A stretch of DNA of 64,000 nucleotides from an uncultured Candidatus Binatia bacterium (GCA_965215605.1 OZ244070.1:1344001-1408000), one strand, 5' to 3'. Shown: positions 34,348-47,148, counted from the stretch's first letter. Made by a program: numbers and translations. The notes: generated by a model from the letters alone, not told the origin.

Positions 34348-34575
34348 GCGCCGCGGACACTCCCTGCGAACCGGCCCTACCGCACCCGCGCAATGTACCA
34401 AAAAACGGCGGAGGTGCAAACGAGGTTCGTATTGCCTTTTGCTCGATAACAAGCCCGCTTGGCAAGGCTCCACGGAGAGCTTCAAGCGAGGTGTCGTCCG
34501 TGACCCCGTTTCCTTGATAGACAGGCTGAATCCTGTTAGACGCCAACGAGACAGGGGCTTACGCTCCCGGCCGTC

Positions 34576-34878
34576 ATGGAAGCGCCTGACCACAGCCACA
34601 CCGGCGACACGGACGCGCTCATCGAGCAGCTCGCCTTGGCGGTGCATGCCCGCCGCATGACCGTGCCGGCGATCCTCTTCCTGGAAGCCCACAAGCCGCT
34701 GACGTCGCTGTTCCATGCCGCGGCGGTCATGAGCCTGCCGATGCTGCTGCCGCTGTTCGGCGCCCGGGCGCGGGAGTTGCCGGCGTTTCTGCAGTCCCGC
34801 GGCAACGTCGAACGATTGATCCGCCGCATCGAGGCGCTGCAGGACACGGCAGCGGCGGCGAAAGGCGGCGCCGGCTGA
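34576..34878 (+). CDS. Small conserved hypothetical protein, first gene of the GlmL-like operon
   Basis: [17 protein letters not shown]...[10 protein letters not shown]; stop overlaps the next ATG (TGATG). Confidence 0.75.
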   Translation: MEAPDHSHTGDTDALIEQLALAVHARRMTVPAILFLEAHKPLTSLFHAAAVMSLPMLLPLFGARARELPAFLQSRGNVERLIRRIEALQDTAAAAKGGAG

Positions 34879-35687
34879 TGGCGGGCTTCGAGAACGCCAC
34901 TCCCGCGGTGCTGGCGATCATGGCGCTCATGATCGGGCCGGTGCTCTGTTACATTCGCGTGGCGCGGCGCCGTCACGACCTGTACGTGCGACGCCTGACC
35001 GGGGTGGACGCCATCGACGAAGCCGCCGGCCGGTCGGCGGAGCTGGGCCGGCCCCTCTCCTTCTGTACCGGCATCACCAATGTCAGCCCGGTGCTGTACG
35101 CCTGCCTCGGGGTCCTCTACTACGTGGGACGCAAGGCCGCGCAGTACCGCTCGCGCCTGCTGCTGCCCCAGAACACTCCCGAGGTGATGGCCATCGCCGA
35201 GGACGTGCTCCGGGAAGCCTACCGCGCCGAGGGCCGTTCGGCCCAGTTCGACCCGCGCAACATCGTCTTTCTCTCCGAGGAGCAGTTCGCCTTCGCCGCC
35301 GGCTACATCGGGCTGGTGCAGCGGGAGCGCGTGGCCGGCGCCTTCCTCTTCGGCCACTTCGCCGCCGAATCGCTGATCCTGGCGGAGGCCGGACAGCAGG
35401 TGGGGGCCATGCAGGTGGGCGCCTCGGTGAGTCCCGAGCAGGTGGCGTTCTTCATCGCCGCCTGCGACTACACCCTCATCGGCGAGGAGCTGTTCGCCGC
35501 CTCCGCCTATCTCACCCGTGAGCCGGTCCAGCTCGGCAGCCTCTACGGGCAGGACCGGGCCAAGCTCTTCCTCTTCCTCATGATCGTGGCGGGCGTGGGC
35601 ATCGCCACCCTGAACTCCGTATGGCCCGATCTCGGCCTCACCAACCTGGACACGCTCATGCATCTCGGCTGGGGTTTCGGGTCATGA
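34878..35687 (+). CDS. DUF6754-like membrane-anchored protein
   Basis: N-terminal [62 protein letters not shown]-terminal TM; family recalled from memory. Confidence 0.75.
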   Translation: MAGFENATPAVLAIMALMIGPVLCYIRVARRRHDLYVRRLTGVDAIDEAAGRSAELGRPLSFCTGITNVSPVLYACLGVLYYVGRKAAQYRSRLLLPQNTPEVMAIAEDVLREAYRAEGRSAQFDPRNIVFLSEEQFAFAAGYIGLVQRERVAGAFLFGHFAAESLILAEAGQQVGAMQVGASVSPEQVAFFIAACDYTLIGEELFAASAYLTREPVQLGSLYGQDRAKLFLFLMIVAGVGIATLNSVWPDLGLTNLDTLMHLGWGFGS

Positions 35688-36733
35688 GCTTGCGGGCGCG
35701 TCTCATCAAGCTCGCCACCTTCCTGGGCGGCATCTATTTCTTCCTGGAGTTCGTTCTGCCGGGCACGGTGTTCGGGGTGAAAATCGACGCCTACCACGAC
35801 CAGATCTCCAACGGCTTCATCACGGTGGCGGCCATGGCCGCGGGGCTCGGGCTCATCAACCTGCTCATGCAGCACGGCTCGAGGATCGTCTTCCGGCGCC
35901 GGGGGTGGCTCTACAGCCTGACGTTGCTTGGCGGCCTCGCCATCATGATCGCGGTGACCCTCCAGGACTGGCGCGGCACCGGCCGGGTGGCAGAAGAGGT
36001 GGCGGGCATCTCCCGGCTGGCGGATTTCGCGGAGCGCATCAAGTCGGATCACGAGGCAACGGCGCGAGGGGTCCTGCCCGCGGCCGAGCGCAACCGCAGC
36101 CTCCGGCAGGCGGCGGACAAGCTGCTGGCGCGCATCGAGGACGAGAGCCGCGCCCTCGACCTCGACCGGTTGGGGCTCGGCAGCGCCGATCACGCGCTCG
36201 CGCGGCGCTACGTGGCGGAGGCTGGGGAAGGCGCCGCGGCGGCGCGCGCCGCGGCGGCGGGGCTGACGGTGACCGACGGCGAGGCGGCGGACCTGGCCGC
36301 CAACCTGGCGGTGGCGCGCGCCCTGCGGGGCCTTGCCGAACCCTGGCGCAACCTGCGCAGCCTCGAGTACGAGCACTCCAACCCGAAGCACGTCTACCGG
36401 CTGCTGTTCGAGGGCCTGTTCGTGGCACTGGGTTCGGCCATGTTCTCGCTGTTGGGGTTCTACATCGCGGCCGCGGCCTACCGCGCCTTCCGGGTGCGTT
36501 CCGCCGAGTCGTCGCTGATGATGATCGCCGCCGTGCTGGTCATGCTCGGGCAGATCCCCTTCGGCGTATGGATCTGGTCCGGGCTGCCGGACGTGAGGCT
36601 GTGGCTCCTGGAGGTGCCCAACTCGGCGGCGTTCCGGGCCATCACCATCGGCGCCGGGGTGGCGGGGCTGGTGATGGCGTTCCGCATGTGGTTCTCCATC
36701 GAATCGGAGTCCTTCGACCGGGAGGAGCCCTGA
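35684..36733 (+). CDS. Multi-pass membrane protein with an Ala-rich helical insert
   Basis: ATGA overlap with the upstream gene; three TMs, about 150-aa soluble insert, then AMFSLLGFYIAAAAYRAFRVRS and further TMs. Confidence 0.8.
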   Translation: MSLRARLIKLATFLGGIYFFLEFVLPGTVFGVKIDAYHDQISNGFITVAAMAAGLGLINLLMQHGSRIVFRRRGWLYSLTLLGGLAIMIAVTLQDWRGTGRVAEEVAGISRLADFAERIKSDHEATARGVLPAAERNRSLRQAADKLLARIEDESRALDLDRLGLGSADHALARRYVAEAGEGAAAARAAAAGLTVTDGEAADLAANLAVARALRGLAEPWRNLRSLEYEHSNPKHVYRLLFEGLFVALGSAMFSLLGFYIAAAAYRAFRVRSAESSLMMIAAVLVMLGQIPFGVWIWSGLPDVRLWLLEVPNSAAFRAITIGAGVAGLVMAFRMWFSIESESFDREEP

Positions 36734-36734
36734 C

Positions 36735-37640
36735 GTGGACCTCGCCCGGCTCGACCGCCGCTGGATCTACCTGCTGGTTTTTCTGGCCTTGAGCGTGCCC
36801 ATCGTCACCCAATACACGGTGGAGCCGGCGCGCATGAGCGGCGCGGATCGATTCTTCGAGGTGGTGGACGGCATCGAGGCCGCGCCCGGCCGCTACGCCT
36901 TCGTGGCCATGGACTTCGGCCCCAGCACCAAGGGCGAGAACCAGCCCCAGGCGCGGGCGGTGGTGGAGCATCTGATGCGCAGGCGCATCCCGGTGATCCT
37001 GTTCTCGCTCTATTTCCTCGCCGAGCCGTTCCTCAAATCCATCCCCGAAGAAGTGGCCCGGCAACTCGAGCGCGAGCACCCCGGCGAGACCTGGGAATAC
37101 GGCCGCGACTGGATCAACCTGGGCTACCGGCCGGGGGCGGGCGTCCTCATCCAGGCGATCCCCAAGTCGGAGAACCTCGCCGAGCTGTTCGAGAAGGACA
37201 CCCGCGGCAACCGCATCTCCGAGCTGCCCGCCTTCAGCGGACTGCGCACGTTGCGCCAGATCGCCTTCCTGGCCGAGTTCACCGGCCTGGTGGGTGTCTT
37301 CGACAACTACGTCCAGTACTTCACCAGCAAGGACTACACGCCCGCGTTCGGCCACGGCTGCACCTCCATCACCATCCCGGAAGCGTTCATCTACCTCGAC
37401 TCGGGGCAGATCCAGGGACTGCTGGGGGGCCTGGCGGGGGCGGCGTGGTACTCGGAGCTGCTGCGCCAGCGCTACCCCCGGCGTCCGGTGGACGAGTCGC
37501 TGATGCTCAACACCGGCCTCGGCGTCGCCCAGCTCGTGGTCATCGCCTTCATCGTGCTGGGCAACCTGGCCGGGCTGCTGCGCCCTTCGGCGCCGCGGCG
37601 TGGACGGGAGAAGGGGCCCGGACAGGACACGGAACCATGA
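36735..37640 (+). CDS. Membrane-anchored protein with a probable extracytoplasmic alpha/beta domain
   Basis: DRRWIYLLVFLAL signal-anchor, DFGPSTKGENQP, YGRDWINLGY, SGQIQGLLGGLAGAAWY, C-terminal TM. Confidence 0.8.
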   Translation: MDLARLDRRWIYLLVFLALSVPIVTQYTVEPARMSGADRFFEVVDGIEAAPGRYAFVAMDFGPSTKGENQPQARAVVEHLMRRRIPVILFSLYFLAEPFLKSIPEEVARQLEREHPGETWEYGRDWINLGYRPGAGVLIQAIPKSENLAELFEKDTRGNRISELPAFSGLRTLRQIAFLAEFTGLVGVFDNYVQYFTSKDYTPAFGHGCTSITIPEAFIYLDSGQIQGLLGGLAGAAWYSELLRQRYPRRPVDESLMLNTGLGVAQLVVIAFIVLGNLAGLLRPSAPRRGREKGPGQDTEP

Positions 37641-38347
37641 CGGCCCTGGACACCTGGCATACGGCCACGGTCCTGGTGGGGGGCATCGGGACGCTGGCGA
37701 TCTTCAGCTTCCTGATCAAGGAGAACCCGTTCTTCCGGCTGTTCGAGCACCTGTTCATCGGCATCGCCGCCGGCTTCGGCATGGTCTTCGGCGTCAAGAA
37801 CTTCCTGTGGCCGAAGGTTCTGGTGCCGATGCTCGGCCTGGACATCGTCACCTATCCCGACGGCAGCCTCTCCCACGAGTACGACCCCCGGCTGCTGCTC
37901 TACCTCGCGCCCATGGTCTTCGGCCTCTTCTACTACTTCCTGTACTCACGGCGGTACGCGTGGCTCGCCAAGCTGGTCATCGGCTTCTCCCTGGGGATGA
38001 GCGGCGGGCTCGCCTTCAAGGGATTCTTCAACCAGATCATGCCCCAGGTGGCGAGCAGCTTCCGGCCCCTGGCGGTGTTCGAGGACGGCGCCCTGAATCT
38101 GGCCGGCAGCTTGGAGAACGCGTTCTTCATCTTCACGCTGCTGGCCGTCATGTACTACTTCTTCTTCTCGTTCCGGCACGAGAACCGGGCGGCCAACGGC
38201 CTCTCGCTCTCCGGCCGGTGGCTCCTGATGGTGTGCTTCGGGGCCTTCTTCGGCTCCACGGTCATGGCGCGCACCGCGCTGCTGGTGGAGCGGGTGCAGT
38301 TCCTGCTGATCGACTGGTACGGCGCGCTGGCGGGGCTGGTGACGTGA
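37637..38347 (+). CDS. Multi-pass membrane protein
   Basis: ATGA overlap; TLAIFSFLIKENPFFRLFEHLFIGIAAG, GRWLLMVCFGAFFGSTVMAR; about six TMs. Confidence 0.8.
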   Translation: MTALDTWHTATVLVGGIGTLAIFSFLIKENPFFRLFEHLFIGIAAGFGMVFGVKNFLWPKVLVPMLGLDIVTYPDGSLSHEYDPRLLLYLAPMVFGLFYYFLYSRRYAWLAKLVIGFSLGMSGGLAFKGFFNQIMPQVASSFRPLAVFEDGALNLAGSLENAFFIFTLLAVMYYFFFSFRHENRAANGLSLSGRWLLMVCFGAFFGSTVMARTALLVERVQFLLIDWYGALAGLVT

Positions 38348-40182
38348 AAACCGACCCGGACACGCTCCGCACCGTGCTGGTCACCGACTGCGGCTCCACC
38401 ACCACCAAGGCGCTGCTGTTCGAGAAGACCCCCGAGGGGTGGCGCCAGACCCGCCGCGGGGAGGCGCCCACCACCGTGGAGCAGCCGGTGGCCGACGTGA
38501 CCGTGGGAGCGCTGAACGCTTTCGCCGAGGTGGAAGAGATCAGCGGCCGGCAGATCCTGGCGGCGGACGCGGCGGCGGGACGCGGCGCGCCGTTCGTCGA
38601 GTCGGGCGAGGACCCCGCCCACGGCATCGACCTCTACCTCTCCACCAGCTCCGCCGGCGGCGGGTTGCAGATGACCGTGGCCGGGGTGGCGCGGCAGATG
38701 AGCGCGGAGTCGGCGGAACGCGCGGCCTTGAGCGCCGGCGCCATCGTCATGGACGCCATCTCCGCCGACGACGGGCGCGAGGACCACGAGCGCATTCAGC
38801 GGCTGCGCCACCTGAGGCCGGACATCGTGCTGCTCACCGGCGGCGTCGACGGCGGCTCCCAGGAGCACGTGGTGGAAATGGCGGAGACCCTGGTGGCGGC
38901 GGCGCCCCGGCCCCGGTTCGGCGACTCGCTGCGGCTGCCGGTGATCTACGCGGGCAACAGCCACGCCGTGGACGACGTCCGGGGCATCCTCGAGAAGACC
39001 GCCCAGGTGGCGGTGGTGGACAACGTGCGCCCGACCCTGGAGGCCGAGAACCTCGGCCCGGCCCGGGAGGCCATCCACGAGTTCTTCCTCACCCACGTCA
39101 TGAGCCACTCGCCCGGCTACGACAAGCTGCTGCGGTGGACCCCGACGCCGGTGATGCCCACGCCGGCGGCGGTGGGGGACATGGTGCGCGGCTACGCCGA
39201 GAGCACCGGCCGGGCGCTCTTGTGCGTGGATATCGGCGGCGCCACCACCGACGTCTTCAGCGTCTTCGAGAACCGGGACGGCGAGCGAGTGTTCAACCGC
39301 ACGGTGAGCGCCAACCTGGGCATGAGCTACTCCGTGGCCAACGTGCTGATCGAGGCCGGCGCCGAATCCATCGGCCGCTGGCTGCCCTACCCACTGGAGG
39401 CCGCCGAGATCCGGGACCGGCTGCGCAACAAGATGATCCGCCCCACCTCCATCCCCCAGACCCTGGAGGACCTGTGGCTGGAGCAGGCGGTGTGCCGCGA
39501 GGCCCTGCGGCTGGCGCTGGTGCATCACCGCTCGCTTGCGGTGGGGCTCAGCGGCGTGCAGCAGCAGCGCGGCATCGCCGACATCTTCTCGCAGACCGCC
39601 GGCCGCTCGGACCTGGTGGACATGATGGGCCTCGACCTGGTCATCGGCTCCGGCGGCGTGCTCAGCCACGCCCCGGACCGCATGGCGGCCGCGCTCATGA
39701 TCCTGGAGGGGTTCGAGCTCCAGGGCTTCACCCAGATCGCGGTGGACTCCATCTTCATGATGCCCCACCTGGGGGTCTTCGCCTCCGTCCATCCCGAGGC
39801 CGCCCGGGAGATCTTCCTGCACGACTGCCTGGTGAACGTGGCCCACGCCGTCGTGCCGGTCTTCTCCCGCAAGCGGAGGCCGGGGTCGGTGCTGGCCGAG
39901 GTGTCGGTGGACGGCGCCCGGCCCGGCGCCATCACCGCCGGCGGCGTCGGCCACGTCCCGCTCGATGCCGGCGCCGCGGCGCGGATCATCATCGAGCCCG
40001 CGGGCCGGGACGTCGACGTGGGCGCCGGGCCGGGGACGGCCCTGCTGCGGGAGTTCACCACCGGACTCTGCGGCCTGATCCTCGACGGCCGCAACCGCCC
40101 GCTGCGAACCCCGGCGTCCCCGGACCAGCAGGTCGCGGAACGGCAGGCCGTCATGGAGGAATTGGGGCTCACCGGATCATGA
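38344..40182 (+). CDS. GlmL/MutL (glutamate-mutase-L-like) actin-fold ASKHA ATPase
   Basis: Phosphate-1 TDCGSTTTK, STSSAGGGL, LTGGVDGG, phosphate-2 VDIGGATTDVFS, adenosine-like IGSGGVLSHAP; GTGA overlap. Confidence 0.85.
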   Translation: MKTDPDTLRTVLVTDCGSTTTKALLFEKTPEGWRQTRRGEAPTTVEQPVADVTVGALNAFAEVEEISGRQILAADAAAGRGAPFVESGEDPAHGIDLYLSTSSAGGGLQMTVAGVARQMSAESAERAALSAGAIVMDAISADDGREDHERIQRLRHLRPDIVLLTGGVDGGSQEHVVEMAETLVAAAPRPRFGDSLRLPVIYAGNSHAVDDVRGILEKTAQVAVVDNVRPTLEAENLGPAREAIHEFFLTHVMSHSPGYDKLLRWTPTPVMPTPAAVGDMVRGYAESTGRALLCVDIGGATTDVFSVFENRDGERVFNRTVSANLGMSYSVANVLIEAGAESIGRWLPYPLEAAEIRDRLRNKMIRPTSIPQTLEDLWLEQAVCREALRLALVHHRSLAVGLSGVQQQRGIADIFSQTAGRSDLVDMMGLDLVIGSGGVLSHAPDRMAAALMILEGFELQGFTQIAVDSIFMMPHLGVFASVHPEAAREIFLHDCLVNVAHAVVPVFSRKRRPGSVLAEVSVDGARPGAITAGGVGHVPLDAGAAARIIIEPAGRDVDVGAGPGTALLREFTTGLCGLILDGRNRPLRTPASPDQQVAERQAVMEELGLTGS

Positions 40183-41294
40183 CCCAGGCGCTCACACCCG
40201 GACTTCAGGTGCTGGCCGGCACGGTGGTGCGGAAGACCCGCGAGTTGCCGGTGCCAGGGGAGACCCTGTGCCGGCTTGGCGACACCGTGACGCCGTACGC
40301 CGTGGTGGCCCGGGCCGAGCTGCCCGGCGAGATCACCATCCTGCGCATACCCGAGAGCCTCGGCATCGAGCCCCTCGAGGCGCTCAATGGGCTCAAGGTG
40401 GACGAAGGCGACGCGGTCGCCGAGGGCGATCTCGTGTGCGAGCACGTGGGACTGTTCGGGCTCTTCCGGTCACGCCTCCACGCGTCCGTGGACGGCACCG
40501 TCGAGTTCGTCGCCCGGCGCACCGGCCACCTGGGGCTTCGGCTGGCGCCCCACGCCATCGAGCTGCGCGCCTACGTGCCCGGCAAGGTGGTGGGGATCGA
40601 CCCCGGCAAGTCCGTCACCATCGAGAGCCGCGGCGCGTTCATCCAGGGCATCTTCGGCGTCGGCGGCGAACGCTACGGCACCATCCGCATGCTGGACGGC
40701 GGCCCCCGGACGGTGGTGGGCAGGAAAAGGATACCCGACGACGCGGCCGGACAGGTGCTGGTGGGAGGCACCCGCCCGACCCTCGAGGCCATCCAGCGGG
40801 CCGCGGAAGTGGGCGCCGCCGGCATGGTGGTGGGATCCATCGACGACCAGACCCTCACCGCCTACCTCGGATACGAGCTCGGCATGGCGGTGACCGGCCA
40901 CGAGGACGTCCCCCTCACCGTCATCGTCACCGAAGGCTTCGGCTGGCTGCCCCTGGCCGAGCGCACCCACTCCCTGCTCCAGAGCCTCGACGGCCGCGCC
41001 GCCTCCGTCAACGGCGCCACCCAGGTGCGGGCCGGCGCGGTGCGCCCGGAAATCATCGTCGCCCGTGACGATGTCGAGCCCGGCGGCGGGGAAGAGGACG
41101 CGGAAACCGGCCTGCGAATCGGCGCCCCCATCCGCATCATCCGGGTCCCCCACTTCGGCGTCACCGCGGAGGTGGCCGCCCTGCCCCCCGAACCCCAGCC
41201 CATCGAAACCGGCGCCCGCACCCGCGTCCTGGAAGCCCGGCTGCCCGACGGCAAGGTCGTCACCGTGCCGCGGGCCAACGTGGAACTGCTCTGA
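40179..41294 (+). CDS. Conserved hypothetical protein with biotinyl/lipoyl-like hairpin repeats and an SH3/KOW-like C-terminus
   Basis: ATGA overlap; V.EGD.V-type repeats, IQGIFGVGGE, LGMAVTGHE, IVTEGFG, NGATQVRAGAVRPEI, VPRANVE. Confidence 0.75.
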   Translation: MTQALTPGLQVLAGTVVRKTRELPVPGETLCRLGDTVTPYAVVARAELPGEITILRIPESLGIEPLEALNGLKVDEGDAVAEGDLVCEHVGLFGLFRSRLHASVDGTVEFVARRTGHLGLRLAPHAIELRAYVPGKVVGIDPGKSVTIESRGAFIQGIFGVGGERYGTIRMLDGGPRTVVGRKRIPDDAAGQVLVGGTRPTLEAIQRAAEVGAAGMVVGSIDDQTLTAYLGYELGMAVTGHEDVPLTVIVTEGFGWLPLAERTHSLLQSLDGRAASVNGATQVRAGAVRPEIIVARDDVEPGGGEEDAETGLRIGAPIRIIRVPHFGVTAEVAALPPEPQPIETGARTRVLEARLPDGKVVTVPRANVELL

Positions 41295-41419
41295 CCGCGC
41301 GGTGTCCTGTTACGGTGGCGGGCTGCCGTTGTTGCAATGGGGTGCCCCGGCAATCATACTTGTTCCATGCGATGTCTCGGGCGCGGCGGTGGTTTTTGGC
41401 CTCGGCGAGGGGAGGTTCC

Positions 41420-43267
41420 ATGCGATCGAGTGGGGTAATGGCGGCGGTATTGTGGGCGTTGATTTCGGTCCTTGTGCCCGGACTCGGAGGCTCGAGCGAA
41501 GAGGTTCGACCCAGCCATGGCATCGCCATGCACGGCGACCTCAAGTACGCGCCGGACTTCAGGCACTTCGACTACGTGAACCCGCGGGCGCCCAAGGGCG
41601 GGACGGTGCGGCTCCAGGCCATCGGCACCTTCGACAGCTTCAACCCCTTCATCGTCAAGGGAAGCCCGGCGGCGGGCATCGGGCGCATCTACGAGACCTT
41701 GATGGCCGGGTCGGCGGACGAGCCCTTCAGCGAGTACGGGCTGCTGGCGGAGAGCATCACGGTGCCCAAGGACCGCTCCTGGGTGCAGTTCACGCTGCAT
41801 GCGGAGGCGCGCTGGCACGACGGCAAGCCGGTGACCGCGGATGACGTGGCCTGGACCTTCGAGACGCTGATCACCAAGGCCGTCCCGTTCTACCGCGGCT
41901 ACTACGGCGACGTGAAGAAGGTCGAGAAGCTCGACCCACGGACCGTACGGTTCACCTTCGCCGGCGGCGCCAACCGCGAACTGCCGCTGATCCTGGGACA
42001 ACTGGTGGTGCTGCCGAAGCACTACTGGGCCGGCAGGGACTTCACCAAGACGACCCTGGAGCCGCCCGTGGGGAGCGGTCCGTACAAGATCGGCGCCTTC
42101 GAACCCGGACGCCACGTGGAGTACCAGCGGGTGGAGGACTACTGGGGCAAGGACCTGCCGGTGAACGTGGGGCGCAACAACTTCGACCGCATCCGCCACG
42201 ACTACTACCGCGACGGCACCGTGTCGGTGGAGGCATTCAAGGCCGGGGAGTACGACTTCCGCTACGAGAACAGCTCCAAGAACTGGGCCACCTCCTACGA
42301 CTTCCCGGCGCTGCGGCAGGGCCTGGTCAAGAAGGAGGAGATCCCGCACGACCGCTCCACCGGCATGCAGGCGTTCGCCATCAACACCCGCCGCCCGCTG
42401 TTCCAGGACCGCAAGGTCCGGCAGGCGCTGGCCTATGCGTTCGACTTCGAGTGGTCCAACCGGACCCTTTTCTACGGGCAGTACCAGCGCAACCGCAGCT
42501 ACTTCGACAACTCGGAGCTGGCGGCCGCCGGACCGCCGGGCCCGGCGGAGCTGGCGATCCTGAAGCCCTACCGCGGCCTGTTGCCCGAGGAGGTCTTCAC
42601 CAAGGCCTACGATCCGCCCGCCACCGACGGCTCGGGACGCATCCGCGCCAACCTCCGCCAGGGGTCGAAGCTGTTGCGGGAGGCCGGCTGGGGCATCGAC
42701 AAGACCACCCGCAAGCTCACCCACCAGGCCACCGGCCGGGTCATGGAATTCGAGATCCTGCTGGTAAGCCCGCTGTTCGAGCGCATCGTCCTTCCCTTCA
42801 AGAAGAACCTCGAACGGCTCGGGATCGCCGTCAGCGTGCGCACCGTGGACAGCGCGCAGTACCGCCGCCGTCTGGACGACTTCGACTTCGACATGGTCAT
42901 CGGAAGCTGGGGACAGTCCCTTTCCCCCGGCAACGAGCAACGCGATTACTGGGGGTCGGACTTCGCCGACCGGCCCGGCAGCCGGAACCTCGCGGGCATC
43001 AAGGACCCGGCCGTGGACGCGCTCATCGAGGGCGTGATCAACGCACCCGACCGCAAGAGCCTGGTCAACCACGTGCGCGCCCTGGACCGCGTGCTCCAGT
43101 GGGGCCACTGGGTGATCCCCCAGTGGCACATCCCCTACGACCGCCTGGTCTACTGGGACCGCCTCGGCCGCCCGGAGACGACCCCCACCCAGGGGGTACA
43201 GTTCGACACCTGGTGGGTCGACGCCAGGAAGGCGGAGGAGCTGGAAGCGAAGCGGTCAGGGGGCTGA
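41420..43267 (+). CDS. yejA: Peptide ABC transporter substrate-binding protein (YejA-like)
   Basis: HGIAMHGDLKY..FRHFDYVNPRAPKGG, GTFDSFNPF, QSLSPGNEQRDYWGS; GGAGG upstream. Confidence 0.92.
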   Translation: MRSSGVMAAVLWALISVLVPGLGGSSEEVRPSHGIAMHGDLKYAPDFRHFDYVNPRAPKGGTVRLQAIGTFDSFNPFIVKGSPAAGIGRIYETLMAGSADEPFSEYGLLAESITVPKDRSWVQFTLHAEARWHDGKPVTADDVAWTFETLITKAVPFYRGYYGDVKKVEKLDPRTVRFTFAGGANRELPLILGQLVVLPKHYWAGRDFTKTTLEPPVGSGPYKIGAFEPGRHVEYQRVEDYWGKDLPVNVGRNNFDRIRHDYYRDGTVSVEAFKAGEYDFRYENSSKNWATSYDFPALRQGLVKKEEIPHDRSTGMQAFAINTRRPLFQDRKVRQALAYAFDFEWSNRTLFYGQYQRNRSYFDNSELAAAGPPGPAELAILKPYRGLLPEEVFTKAYDPPATDGSGRIRANLRQGSKLLREAGWGIDKTTRKLTHQATGRVMEFEILLVSPLFERIVLPFKKNLERLGIAVSVRTVDSAQYRRRLDDFDFDMVIGSWGQSLSPGNEQRDYWGSDFADRPGSRNLAGIKDPAVDALIEGVINAPDRKSLVNHVRALDRVLQWGHWVIPQWHIPYDRLVYWDRLGRPETTPTQGVQFDTWWVDARKAEELEAKRSGG

Positions 43268-43298
43268 GGGGCCGGGCACGAGATGACGTAGCTACTCC

Positions 43299-44414
43299 AT
43301 GTTCGCCTACATCATCCGCCGGCTGCTGCTGATCGTGCCGACGCTGTTCGGCATCATGGTGCTGAACTTCGTGATCATCCACTCGGCGCCGGGGGGGCCG
43401 GTGGAGCAGCTCCTGGCGAAGCTCCAGCAGACCGACGTGTCCGCCACCGAACGGTTCAGCGGCGGCGGCGACCAGCGGGAGGCAGGGCCGTCGGCGCAGC
43501 AGTCCAGCGACGCCGGCAGCAGCGCCGCCGGGCGGTACCGGGGCGCCCGCGGCATCGATCCCGAGTTCATCAAGGAGATCGAGCGCCAGTTCGGCTTCGA
43601 CAAGCCGGCCCACGAGCGTTTCCTGCTCATGATGGGCAACTTCCTGCGCTTCGACTTCGGCGACAGCTTCTTCCGCGACCGCTCGGTGGTGCAACTGGTG
43701 ATGGACAAGCTGCCGGTGTCCATCTCGCTGGGCCTGTGGACGACCCTGCTGGTGTACCTGGTGTCGATTCCGCTGGGGGTGGCCAAGGCGGTGCGGGACG
43801 GCTCGCGCTTCGACATCTGGAGCTCGGGGGCGGTGATCGTGGGCAACGCGGTGCCGGGCTTCCTGTTCGCCATCCTGCTGATCGTGCTGTTCGCCGGCGG
43901 CCGCTACCTCGACTGGTTCCCGCTGCGCGGCCTGGTGTCGGACAACTGGAGCGAGCTGGGCTTCTGGCAGCGCATCACCGACTACCTCTGGCACATCACC
44001 CTGCCGGTGGCGTCCATGGTCATCGGCGGCTTCGCCGGCCTCACCATGCTCACCAAGAACTCGTTCCTGGACCAGATCAACCAGCAATACGTGATGACCG
44101 CCCGGGCCAAGGGGCTGAGCGAGCGCCGGGTGCTGTACCGCCACGTGTTCCGCAACGCCATGCTCATCGTCATCGCCGGCTTTCCCGGCGCCTTCGTCGG
44201 CATACTGTTCACCGGCGCGCTGCTCACCGAGGTGATCTTCTCGCTGGACGGCGTCGGCCTGCTGGGGTTCGAGGCGGCCATCAACCGCGACTATCCGGTG
44301 ATGTTCGGCACACTGTACTTCTTCACCCTGCTGGGGCTGGCGATGAAGCTGGTGGAGGACCTGACCTACGTGGTGGTGGACCCGCGCATCGACTTCGAGA
44401 GCCGGGAGACCTGA
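43299..44414 (+). CDS. yejB: Peptide ABC transporter permease (YejB-like)
   Basis: [36 protein letters not shown]. Confidence 0.92.
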   Translation: MFAYIIRRLLLIVPTLFGIMVLNFVIIHSAPGGPVEQLLAKLQQTDVSATERFSGGGDQREAGPSAQQSSDAGSSAAGRYRGARGIDPEFIKEIERQFGFDKPAHERFLLMMGNFLRFDFGDSFFRDRSVVQLVMDKLPVSISLGLWTTLLVYLVSIPLGVAKAVRDGSRFDIWSSGAVIVGNAVPGFLFAILLIVLFAGGRYLDWFPLRGLVSDNWSELGFWQRITDYLWHITLPVASMVIGGFAGLTMLTKNSFLDQINQQYVMTARAKGLSERRVLYRHVFRNAMLIVIAGFPGAFVGILFTGALLTEVIFSLDGVGLLGFEAAINRDYPVMFGTLYFFTLLGLAMKLVEDLTYVVVDPRIDFESRET

Positions 44415-44436
44415 GCGCCCCCCTGGATTCAACCGC

Positions 44437-47148
<2,712 letters not shown>

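Noticed and set aside
38344-40182. Annotation as DNA mismatch-repair MutL or as evidence of glutamate fermentation
   Set aside because: Motifs are ASKHA, not GHKL, and no mutase subunits are in the window.
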